Of a DNA stretch of 64,000 nucleotides, positions 50,858 to 59,330 are shown piece after piece. The position numbers and the translations under genes are program-made. Each line of letters starts with the position of its first letter. Positions within the stretch are counted from its first letter, which is position 1. Below the pieces are notes generated by a model. That model was given only the letters and a program-made list of their open reading frames with translations. It ran no database searches and was not told where the DNA came from. The stretch comes from Alphaproteobacteria bacterium. Lineage in GTDB: Bacteria; Pseudomonadota; Alphaproteobacteria; UBA828. The DNA is taken from the NCBI GenBank assembly GCA_965214705.1, contig CBDCCI010000002.1, positions 1,952,001-2,016,000 on the forward strand, read 5' to 3'.

Positions 50858-53077
50858 ATGACGACACGAATCGCGTCCGCGGTTCGCGCACTCGCATCGG
50901 AGCTGCGGGCCGATGCCGGCTCGGCCATGCTGCCGACTGCGCTATCCACAGGCCTCATCATCGCTGTGATCGTGCTGGTCGGCGAAGCCGCCATCGCCTC
51001 CATCATCTTCTCGGGGCCACTCTCCCCGCTCGTCCCCCAGGGCACGGGTGCGATCCTGTTCGGCACGCTCGTCATGTGCTTTCTCACGGCGCTGGCCTGC
51101 ACCTACAAGGGCACGATCTCCGTCCCCCACTTCGCGCCGGCCGCGGTGCTGCTGACGATCGGCGCTGCGGTCGCCGCCGTCATGGTCTCCGCCAGCGGCG
51201 AGGCGGTGTTCGCGACGATGATCGTCATCGTCGGCCTGTCGACCGTGGCGACGGCGATCTGCTACCTGCTCATCGGGTGGTTCGGGCTCGCCCGTCTGTT
51301 CCGCTTCATGCCCTACCCCCTGGTTGGCGGGTTTCTTGCGGGGCTCGGCTGGTTCCTGGTCAAGAGCAGCGTCGCGGTGGCGAGCGGAATCACGATGACG
51401 TGGGAGACGCTGCCCACGCTGGCCGAGATCGACACGATCCAGAAGTGGGCGCCAGCCGTGTTCTATGGTGTCCTGCTGCTCGTCGTCGCCAAGGTCCGGC
51501 CCCACTATCTCATCCTGCCCGGATCGGCAGTGGTCGCGATCGGGGTCTGCCACGCAACGCTCTTCGCACTCGACATACCGCTCGCGGAAGCCACTGCGGC
51601 GGGCATCCTGTTCGTGGGTATCCCGGCGGGGTCCGCCTGGCCTCCCATCGGGTTGAGCGATCTCGCTCTTGTGGACTGGGGTGTGGTGACGTCTCAGCTT
51701 CCCGGAATCCTGGCCGTGATGCTGGTCGCCCTCATCAGCCTTGTGTTCTGTGCGGGCGGGCTGGAGCTGATCAGCGGCGTCCAGATCGACCTGAACAGGG
51801 AGTTCCGTGCGGAAGGCGTCTCCAGCCTGTTGGCCGGACTCGGCGGCAGCGCCCCCGGCTGCAACTCGATCCCCAACTCCGCGGTCAGCCATGCAACCGG
51901 GGCCGAGACCCGGCTGACGGGGGTCACGGTCGCGCTCATCGTCGGCCTGATTCTGTTCGTCGGCGGCGACGTCCTGGCGCTGATTCCGACGCCGGTGCTC
52001 GGCGGTCTCGTGCTGTTCGTCGGACTCAACCTGCCCTACGAAGTGCTGGTCTCCAACCGCAAGACGCTGCCGTGGCTGGATTACGGCATCGTCCTCGCGG
52101 TCTCGCTCGTCATCGTCTTCGTCGGGTTCCTGGAAGGCGTGGCCGTGGGGCTCGCGGCGGCCGTGGTCTTCTTCGTCGTGCGCTTCAGCAAGGTGAGCGT
52201 CGTCGATGAAGCCTTCACGCTGCGCCAGCAGCGCAGCAAAAGGACCCGTTCCGCCACCCACAACGCCATTCTCCGCCATTGGGCCGAGCGGGTGCAGGTC
52301 TATCGGCTGCGCGGCTACGTCATTTTCGGCAATGCCGCCGCCATCGGCGACCGTCTCAATCGAGTGCTCAAGGCCGAACCGCCTCCCCTGTGCGTGTTGC
52401 TGGACTTCGCACAGGTCTCGGGCTTCGACAGCTCGGCCGCAAATGTCATGAGCCGCGCGGTCCGGGCTGCGCACGCGCGGGGCACGCGAATCGTGCTCAG
52501 CGCCGCGGCCGAGCACGTCCGCTCCATCCTGCATCGCGGCCTGCCTGCCCCCTTGCGGGACTCGCTGATCCTGGTCGAGGATCTCGACCGTGCGTTGGAA
52601 CGCTGCGAGGACCTCGTCATCGCCGAGTGGGATCGCCAGCACGGCGGCTCGGACGAGGCGCGGGAGGAGCTGTTCGGATTGTCCTTCGATCACGCCATGC
52701 GCGACCTCGACAGGCAGTCCCGCTTCGAGGCGCTCGTGCACCGGCTTGCGCCCTGGCTGGAGACCCGCAGCTTTGAGGCCGGCGAGATCATGGTGGCACG
52801 TGACGAGGTGATGGACGGCATGCTCCTCGTGACCGAGGGCCGGGCCGTCGCCCGCGAGGACGACACCGGCTCAAGGGTGGAAGAGTACGGCCCTGGCGAT
52901 GCGCTTGTCGCCGGCGCTGCGCTCGCACCGCATGTGTCGCGGACGCCGGTGATCGCAGAGGTGCCGTGCCGCGCCCTCCTGATGACACCCGCCGCGCGCG
53001 AGGCCCTGGAGCGCGACGACCTGGCGCTTGTCGTCGAGCTCGACCGTTACCTCATCGAGACGATGTCGGCGCAGTAG
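50858..53077 (+). CDS. SulP/SLC26 anion transporter with STAS and cNMP-binding domains
   Basis: FMPYPLVGGFLAG, DLNREF, STAS (LRGYVIFGNA, LDFAQVSGFDSSA), C-terminal cNMP-like domain. Confidence 0.9.
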   Translation: MTTRIASAVRALASELRADAGSAMLPTALSTGLIIAVIVLVGEAAIASIIFSGPLSPLVPQGTGAILFGTLVMCFLTALACTYKGTISVPHFAPAAVLLTIGAAVAAVMVSASGEAVFATMIVIVGLSTVATAICYLLIGWFGLARLFRFMPYPLVGGFLAGLGWFLVKSSVAVASGITMTWETLPTLAEIDTIQKWAPAVFYGVLLLVVAKVRPHYLILPGSAVVAIGVCHATLFALDIPLAEATAAGILFVGIPAGSAWPPIGLSDLALVDWGVVTSQLPGILAVMLVALISLVFCAGGLELISGVQIDLNREFRAEGVSSLLAGLGGSAPGCNSIPNSAVSHATGAETRLTGVTVALIVGLILFVGGDVLALIPTPVLGGLVLFVGLNLPYEVLVSNRKTLPWLDYGIVLAVSLVIVFVGFLEGVAVGLAAAVVFFVVRFSKVSVVDEAFTLRQQRSKRTRSATHNAILRHWAERVQVYRLRGYVIFGNAAAIGDRLNRVLKAEPPPLCVLLDFAQVSGFDSSAANVMSRAVRAAHARGTRIVLSAAAEHVRSILHRGLPAPLRDSLILVEDLDRALERCEDLVIAEWDRQHGGSDEAREELFGLSFDHAMRDLDRQSRFEALVHRLAPWLETRSFEAGEIMVARDEVMDGMLLVTEGRAVAREDDTGSRVEEYGPGDALVAGAALAPHVSRTPVIAEVPCRALLMTPAAREALERDDLALVVELDRYLIETMSAQ

Positions 53078-53123
53078 GCGAGGCCTTTGCGACCCCACCT
53101 CCCCCTGTCCCCCTCCCAACTTA

Positions 53124-53250
53124 TTCATTTCCCTCAATCGCCGGGCGCTCGTATTTTCATTTCCCTCAACGGCGGGCGCGAACTCCGTTCGCTTGGCTCC
53201 GCGCTTCGCGCGCGGCGCATTCGCGCCGTCCGGGCTGCTTCGCAGCCCGG
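53124..53250 (-). repeat. Four-hairpin dispersed element, copy B, preceded by a duplicated left end
   Basis: TTCATTTCCCTCAA at 53124 and 53156, then GCGAAC-TCC-GTTCGC TTGGCTC CGCGC-TTC-GCGCG CGGCGC-ATTC-GCGCCG T CCGGGCTGC-TTC-GCAGCCCGG. Confidence 0.85.
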
Positions 53251-53344
53251 TCCCATCAGGGCAAACGCTTCGTCGGTTGCCGGTAGCGTGCCCCGGACCA
53301 TGGTGCGGTGCACAGGAAGGGGCGGCGCGGGGCAGCATCGCGGG

Positions 53345-54133
53345 ATGAGCCACCACACCACCCGCGAGCACAGCCACGCCATGCAAAACGAACCCCCAAA
53401 GAGCACAACGGCCGGGACGTTCGGCCGCTCCTCCATCGACCGCCTGCCGGCCAAGCTTCGCGAGGCTGTCGATCAGGCCATCGCGGACGGCGCCACCATC
53501 GACGAGATCACCGCCCGCATCCGGGCCCAAGGCGAGACATGCTCGCGCTCGGCCGTCGGCCGCTACGCCAAGAACATGCGCGACCTGATCTGCCAGCAGC
53601 AGGAGACCGACCGCACCATCAAGGCGTGGATGGACGCGCTCGGAGAGCGCCCGGAGGGCCAGGCGGGGCTCATCCTGATCGAGACCCTGCGGACCATGGC
53701 GCTCGCCACCATGGCTCGTCTCAGCGCGCGGGAAGAGCCCGTGTCGACGGAGGAGCTCGCCCGCCTCGCCCTCACCCTCAAGCGCATCGAAGGCACCGAC
53801 AAGCTCCGCAAAGACCGGGAGCGGGCGGCAAAGAAGGCGGCGAACGACGCAGACAGCGCCAAGCGCCAGGGCGGGCTCTCGCCGGAGGCGGTCGCCATCA
53901 TCCGCGCGGAGGTGGAGGGCAGGCCCCCGCCACCCCCGCCTGCTCCCCGCACCGTCACGTCGGTGCCGGTGGACCCGTGGAACCCTGCCGAAGCCCGCCT
54001 ATACCCATCAATCCCACCTGATCCCGGCGAATCCCACTTGAGCCCGGATAATTGCTATGAATCCTGGACGGAAATTGCGCCGCGGGTGTTTCGCACCAGC
54101 CCCACATCGATCCTGTCCCTCGGGCCGGCGTGA
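53345..54133 (+). CDS. DUF3486 / phage Mu gp27-like protein with C-terminal extension
   Basis: RSSIDRLP..LRE HTH start, SRSAVGRY, GLSPEAVAIIRAE end-of-domain motif; start ATG 53345 or 53381. Confidence 0.8.
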   Translation: MSHHTTREHSHAMQNEPPKSTTAGTFGRSSIDRLPAKLREAVDQAIADGATIDEITARIRAQGETCSRSAVGRYAKNMRDLICQQQETDRTIKAWMDALGERPEGQAGLILIETLRTMALATMARLSAREEPVSTEELARLALTLKRIEGTDKLRKDRERAAKKAANDADSAKRQGGLSPEAVAIIRAEVEGRPPPPPPAPRTVTSVPVDPWNPAEARLYPSIPPDPGESHLSPDNCYESWTEIAPRVFRTSPTSILSLGPA

Positions 54134-54165
54134 GGCGCGGGCGGGAGTGTGGCGGGAAAAGCCGT

Positions 54166-55794
54166 TCAGGCGTCCGGCAGCCGGTAGTCCTGGAACATCT
54201 CGCGCAGGCGCGACTTCTGAATCTTGCCCGTGGCGGTGAGCGGCAGCTCGTCGACCAACACCACGTCGTCGGGCAGCCACCACTTCGCGACCCTGGCGGC
54301 AAGGTAGGCGTTGATGGTGTCCTTGTCCGGTGCGCAGCCGTCCCGCGGCACGACCACCATGAGTGGGCGCTCCTCCCACTTGGGATGGAAGACGCCGATG
54401 ACCGCGGCCTGCTTCACGTCCGGGTGGCCGACTGCCGCGTTCTCCAGGTCGATGGAGCTGATCCACTCGCCGCCCGACTTGATCACGTCCTTGGTGCGGT
54501 CGGTGATGCGCATGAAGCCGTGCTCGTCCAGGGTGGCGACGTCGCCGGTGGGGAACCAGCCGTCGCCGTCGAGCTTGTCCCCGCCCTCGCCCTTGAAGTA
54601 GCCGCTGGCAGCCCAGTTGCCGCGCACCCACATGTCGCCAAAAGTCTTGCCGTCGCGCGGCACCGGCGCGCCGTCCGCGTCCGTGATCTGGAGTTCCAGG
54701 CCGAACTGCACGCGGCCCTGCTGGCTCAGCACGGCCTCGCGTTCGTCGCCAGAGAGTGCGTCGATCGCCGGCGTCGCGGTCGCCATGGTGCCGAGCGGCG
54801 AGGTCTCGGTCATGCCCCAGAGCTGGTGCACCGTCACCCCGTAGGGGTCGGCCAGTCGCTCGATCATGGCGCGCGGCACCGCGGAGCCGCCGATGGCGAC
54901 CCGCTCCAGGCTCTCCACCTTCTTGCCGCTCTCGTCGAGATGGTCGATCAGCATGGTGAAGACCGTGGGCACACCGAGCGCGAAGGTCACCCCCTCCCCC
55001 TCGATCAGCTCCTGCAGGCTCTGCCCGTCCATCTTGGTGCCGGGCAGCACCAGGCCCGCGCCGGAGAGGCAGCCGAGATAGGGCAGCGACCAGGCGTTGC
55101 CGTGGTACATCGGCGCGATCGGCATCAGCACGTCGTGGGCGGAGATGCCCATGGCGCTGTTCTGGCAGGCGGCCATAGCGTGCAGCAGGGTCGAGCGGTG
55201 GCTGTAGAGCACGCCCTTGGGATTGCCCGTCGTGCCCGAGGTGTAGCAGAGCGAGGACGCGGCGCGCTCGTCGAAGATCGGCCACGCATAGTCCTCGCTC
55301 TCGCCCGCGAGCAGGGTCTCGTAGCAGAGGACGTTGGGAAGCGCGGTCTCCGGCATGTGCGCCTCGTCGGTCATCACCACGACCTGCTCGACCGTCGTGA
55401 GTTGGTCCGCGATGCGCTCCACCAGCTCGACGAAGGTGAGGTCCACGAACAGCACCCGGTCCTCGGCGTGGTTGATGATGTAGACGATCTGCTCGGTGAA
55501 GAGCCTGGGGTTCACCGTGTGCAGCACGGCGCCCATGCCGGAGACGCCGTAGAAAAGCTCCTGATGGCGATAGCCGTTCCAGGCGAGCGTGCCGACCCGG
55601 TCGCCGTGGCCGATGCCGAGCCGCGCTATGAGGTTGGCGACGCGCCGCGCGCGCCGCTCGCACTCGGCATAGCCGTAGCGGTGGATCGGGCCTTCGACGG
55701 TGCGCGAGACCACCTGGCGATCGCCGTGATACTCCGCCGCATAACGGATCAGCGACGAGATCATCAGCGGGATCTCCTGCATCAGGCCGTGCAT
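54166..55794 (-). CDS. Acyl-CoA ligase (AlkK/DmdB-like medium-chain or methylmercaptopropionate CoA ligase)
   Basis: [54 protein letters not shown]. Confidence 0.9.
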   Translation of the reverse strand: MHGLMQEIPLMISSLIRYAAEYHGDRQVVSRTVEGPIHRYGYAECERRARRVANLIARLGIGHGDRVGTLAWNGYRHQELFYGVSGMGAVLHTVNPRLFTEQIVYIINHAEDRVLFVDLTFVELVERIADQLTTVEQVVVMTDEAHMPETALPNVLCYETLLAGESEDYAWPIFDERAASSLCYTSGTTGNPKGVLYSHRSTLLHAMAACQNSAMGISAHDVLMPIAPMYHGNAWSLPYLGCLSGAGLVLPGTKMDGQSLQELIEGEGVTFALGVPTVFTMLIDHLDESGKKVESLERVAIGGSAVPRAMIERLADPYGVTVHQLWGMTETSPLGTMATATPAIDALSGDEREAVLSQQGRVQFGLELQITDADGAPVPRDGKTFGDMWVRGNWAASGYFKGEGGDKLDGDGWFPTGDVATLDEHGFMRITDRTKDVIKSGGEWISSIDLENAAVGHPDVKQAAVIGVFHPKWEERPLMVVVPRDGCAPDKDTINAYLAARVAKWWLPDDVVLVDELPLTATGKIQKSRLREMFQDYRLPDA

Positions 55795-55960
55795 GGCTCC
55801 TCCCCTCGTTCGGTCGGCCGGGGCCGCGCGCCCCGCGCCATTATCGGCTTCCGCCGCGCCGGTCGAAAGACTTTCCCGTGCGTCGCTGATATTCTCGCCG
55901 CCCTTGCAGGGAGCGGCATGCGTTCAGGCTGCGCAACGAGAGACCGGGGAGGAGAGGATC

Positions 55961-56728
55961 GTGAAACTGGAGGGAAAGACGGCGCTGGTCACCGGAGGGT
56001 CCTCGGGCATCGGCGAGGCGATTGCGGTCAGGTTCGCGGCCGAGGGCGCGCGCGTCGCTGTCGTCGGCTCCTCCGATCTGGCCAAGGCGCAGCAGGTCGT
56101 GGAGAAGATCGAGGCGGCGGGCGGCGCGGCCCAGGCCTTCGTCGCCGACGTGCGCGACGTGGATGCGGTCAAGGCGCTGGTCGGCGCCGTGAGGGATGCC
56201 TTCGGGCGCATCGACATCCTGGTCAACTCGGCCGGCATCTTCGAGCCGACGCCGATCGGCGAGACCAGCGAGGCCGAATACGACGCGACCATGGACATCA
56301 ACGTAAAGGGCACCTTCTTCGCGATCAACGAGGTGGCGCCGGTGATGATCGCGCAGGGCGGCGGCAAGATCGTCAACCTCTCGTCGGTGACGGGGGTGAT
56401 GGGGTTCAAGAGCTTCTCGGTCTATTGCGCGTCGAAGGCGGCGGTCAACTACCTCACGCGTGCGCTGGCGCTGGAGCTGAGCCCCCACAACATCGCGGTG
56501 AACGCGATCCTGCCCGGCAACACGGCGACGCCGATGAACGTGAAGATCCGCACTGAGCCGCAGTTCAAGGAGATGCTGGAGGGCATGACCGCGGTGACGC
56601 CGAGCAACCGCACCTACTCGGAGGCCGACGACATGGCGTCCGCCGCGCTCTTCCTCTGCTCCGAGGACGGCCGCGCCGCCCACGGCTCGCTCATGCTGCT
56701 GGACGAGGGCATCTCCTGCGGCCTCTGA
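55961..56728 (+). CDS. SDR oxidoreductase
   Basis: TGGSSGIG, VNSAG, YCASK; GTG start after a GGAG RBS. Confidence 0.92.
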   Translation: MKLEGKTALVTGGSSGIGEAIAVRFAAEGARVAVVGSSDLAKAQQVVEKIEAAGGAAQAFVADVRDVDAVKALVGAVRDAFGRIDILVNSAGIFEPTPIGETSEAEYDATMDINVKGTFFAINEVAPVMIAQGGGKIVNLSSVTGVMGFKSFSVYCASKAAVNYLTRALALELSPHNIAVNAILPGNTATPMNVKIRTEPQFKEMLEGMTAVTPSNRTYSEADDMASAALFLCSEDGRAAHGSLMLLDEGISCGL

Positions 56729-56739
56729 GCGCCCCGACC

Positions 56740-57354
56740 ATGAGTGTGTCCGCGCAGGAGGCCGTTCCGGCCGGCAAGCTCTACACGGTGATTACCCATC
56801 TCGCGATGGAGTCGCCGCCGGCGCTGGAGCCCCCTCCCCCACCGGCGCCCACGCCCGGCGTTAGCCTCGAGCGGCGGCGGGCCATGCCGGTCGCCAATTA
56901 CCTGCGCCTCTATCACGCGATCGGCGATGACTGGCTCTGGTGGAGCCGGCTGACGTGGGACGAGGCGAGGCTCGCGGCCCATCTCGTGGAGGAGGAGACC
57001 GAGGTCTATGTGGCGGAGGCCGACGGCGAGGAAATCGGCCTGATCGAGCTTAACCTGCGGCCCGCGCCGGATATCGAGCTGCGCTACTTCGGCCTGATTC
57101 CGTCGTGGATCGGCAAGGGCCTCGGCGGCTGGCTGCTCGCCCATGCGCTCGCCGCCGTCGGGCGTCACCGACCGCGCCGCATGATCCTCAATACCTGCAC
57201 CCTCGATCATCCCGGCGCTCTCGCCTTCTATCAGAAGCATGGTTTTGCCATCACTCACAGCGAGGTCGATATCGTCGACGATCCCCGCCTCATCGGCCTG
57301 CTGCCGATGGATGCCGCACCCCACATCCCCCTGACCGCCCCTGCCAATGGCTGA
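56740..57354 (+). CDS. GNAT-family acetyltransferase
   Basis: WLWWSRL, YFGLIPSWIGKGLG acetyl-CoA motif, NTCTLDHPGALAFYQKHGF. Confidence 0.9.
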   Translation: MSVSAQEAVPAGKLYTVITHLAMESPPALEPPPPPAPTPGVSLERRRAMPVANYLRLYHAIGDDWLWWSRLTWDEARLAAHLVEEETEVYVAEADGEEIGLIELNLRPAPDIELRYFGLIPSWIGKGLGGWLLAHALAAVGRHRPRRMILNTCTLDHPGALAFYQKHGFAITHSEVDIVDDPRLIGLLPMDAAPHIPLTAPANG

Positions 57355-57400
57355 CCGGGGGCGCTTGTTGCTTCATGCTCCCACTCGCTAGATTGAGCCC

Positions 57401-58192
57401 ATGACTGACACCAAGAGCGACGCGGCGGCGCAGGCCATCTGGACGGCCTGGAGCGGCCATCACCTGATCGACGGACTACCCGAGGCGTGCCGGCCTGGCA
57501 CGACCGCCGAGGGCTACGCGGTGCAGGCCGCGCTCGCACGCCTCGCCGGCGCCACGCCCGTGGGCTGGAAGATCGCGGCCACCAGCGAGGCCGGGCAGAA
57601 GCACATTGGCGTGGACGGCCCCCTCGCCGGGCGCCTGTGGCAGAGCAAACTCCACCAGAGCGGCACCAAGCTGCCGGCCGGCCACCTGCACATGGCGGTG
57701 GTCGAGGCGGAGTTCGCGTTCCGCATGGGTCGGGATCTGCCGGGCGGGGACGGCGACTACACGGTGGACGCAGTCATGGACGCGGTGGCGGCGCTGCACC
57801 CGGCCATCGAGATTCCGGATTCGCGCTTCAGGGACTTCACGGTCGTGGGCGCCGCCCAGCTCATCGCCGACAACGGCTGCACCGAGTACTGCGTGCTGGG
57901 GCCAGAGGCGCCGGAGGGTTGGCGCGCGGTCGACCTTGCCGCCCACCCGGTCGTCGTCACCGTCGACGGCGAGGAGGCCGCCACGGGCAAGGGGGCGAAC
58001 GCGCTCGGCGACCCGCGCATTGCGCTCACCTGGCTCGCCAACGAACGGGTCCGTCACGGCGAGGCGCTCGCGGCCGGCGACGTGGTCATCACCGGCACCT
58101 GCATCGTGCCGGCGCCGATCGCGCACAAGAAGCACGTGCGCGCGGATTTCGGGGCGCTCGGCGCGGTCGAGGTGGCGCTGGCTTCCTTCTAG
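57401..58192 (+). CDS. 2-keto-4-pentenoate hydratase / FAH superfamily protein
   Basis: GWKIAATS, EAEFAF, PAIEIPDSRF, IADNG, GDVVITGT. Confidence 0.88.
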   Translation: MTDTKSDAAAQAIWTAWSGHHLIDGLPEACRPGTTAEGYAVQAALARLAGATPVGWKIAATSEAGQKHIGVDGPLAGRLWQSKLHQSGTKLPAGHLHMAVVEAEFAFRMGRDLPGGDGDYTVDAVMDAVAALHPAIEIPDSRFRDFTVVGAAQLIADNGCTEYCVLGPEAPEGWRAVDLAAHPVVVTVDGEEAATGKGANALGDPRIALTWLANERVRHGEALAAGDVVITGTCIVPAPIAHKKHVRADFGALGAVEVALASF

Positions 58193-58884
58193 CCGGTGTC
58201 GGACTCCGCTTCTGCGGGCTGGCGGGCCTTGACGAGCCAGCCGAGCAGCAGGGTCGCCACCACCGCGCCGATGAGTTGCGCCACGATGAACGCCGGCATG
58301 TGGAGCGGCATGATCCCGGAGAAGGTGTCGGTGAGCGAGCGGGCGATGGTCACCGCCGGGTTGGCGAACGACGTGGACGACGTGAACCAGTATCCCGCGG
58401 TGATGAAGAGACCGACGCCGTAAGGCACCAGTTCCGGCCTGAAGCGCAAGCAGCCCAAGATCGTCGCGACCAGCCCGAAGGTCGCGGTGAACTCGCCGAG
58501 CCACTGGGAGAAGCCGGTGCGCTCCTTGAGGGACGCGGCGACGATGGGCTCCTCGAACATGCCGTGCGCCAGCATCGCCCCGCAGATGCCGCCGGCCACC
58601 TGCGCCAGCAGGTAGAGCCCCGCGTCGCGCAAGCCGATCTCGCGGCGTATCAGGAAGCTGAGCGTGACGGCGGGGTTGAAGTGCGCGCCGGAGATGGGGC
58701 CGAAGATCACGATGAGCACCACCAGGATGGCGCCGGTGGGGATCGTGTTGCCGAGCAACGCGAGCGCGACGTTTCCGCCCGAGAGCGTCTCGCCCATGAT
58801 GCCGGAGCCGACGACCACGGCGAGCAGCAGCAGCGTCCCCAGCCACTCCGCGAAGAGCCGCCGCCCTAGATCGAACCGTTCCAT
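58189..58884 (-). CDS. MIP/aquaporin (AqpS-like)
   Basis: Two NPA motifs (HFNPAVT, FANPAVT), WFTSSTS; start ATG 58884. Confidence 0.9.
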   Translation of the reverse strand: MERFDLGRRLFAEWLGTLLLLAVVVGSGIMGETLSGGNVALALLGNTIPTGAILVVLIVIFGPISGAHFNPAVTLSFLIRREIGLRDAGLYLLAQVAGGICGAMLAHGMFEEPIVAASLKERTGFSQWLGEFTATFGLVATILGCLRFRPELVPYGVGLFITAGYWFTSSTSFANPAVTIARSLTDTFSGIMPLHMPAFIVAQLIGAVVATLLLGWLVKARQPAEAESDTG

Positions 58885-59330
58885 CCCCTCCCCCGGTTTC
58901 GTTCGTTCAGCGCTTAACCCGGAACCTTCCCCGATGTCATGGCCTGCACGGCACATTCCGGCCTGCCCCTGGCAGATCCGGCGCCCGCACCATGGACCGG
59001 AGCACAGCGTGGGCAATCCGGGTTAGACACCTGCGAACCCTGCTGATCGGATCAGGACGGAAAGGCGAGATGAAGGAATTGCGAAACGACAGAATGAACC
59101 CAATCTCCCGCAGCCGCCGGTTTGGCATCGAATTGCGTCGAGACACGCGCAAGCTGGTTCCCGGTCATCGACCATACTCGCGCGCCGATTCTTCCCGAAA
59201 CGCCGAGAGTCAATTGTGACATCTGTGTTGCAGTTGCATGACAGACGGTGTTCTGCGCCGCGGGCCGCCCCGTTTGACCCCTGCCTGCGGCGGTGAATAA
59301 TCGGCGCCGACGCGCCGCAGGGAGAACGCA

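Noticed and set aside
48291-50897. 868-aa minus-strand ORF (likewise 54130-56556 + and 59052-61406 -)
   Set aside because: Shadow frames over well-supported genes on the opposite strand
53124-53179. Mini CRISPR array
   Set aside because: Only two short repeats with a 32-bp period, near-identical intervening sequence and no cas genes
53345-54133. Prophage
   Set aside because: Single phage-like gene; no structural, terminase, transposase or att features nearby
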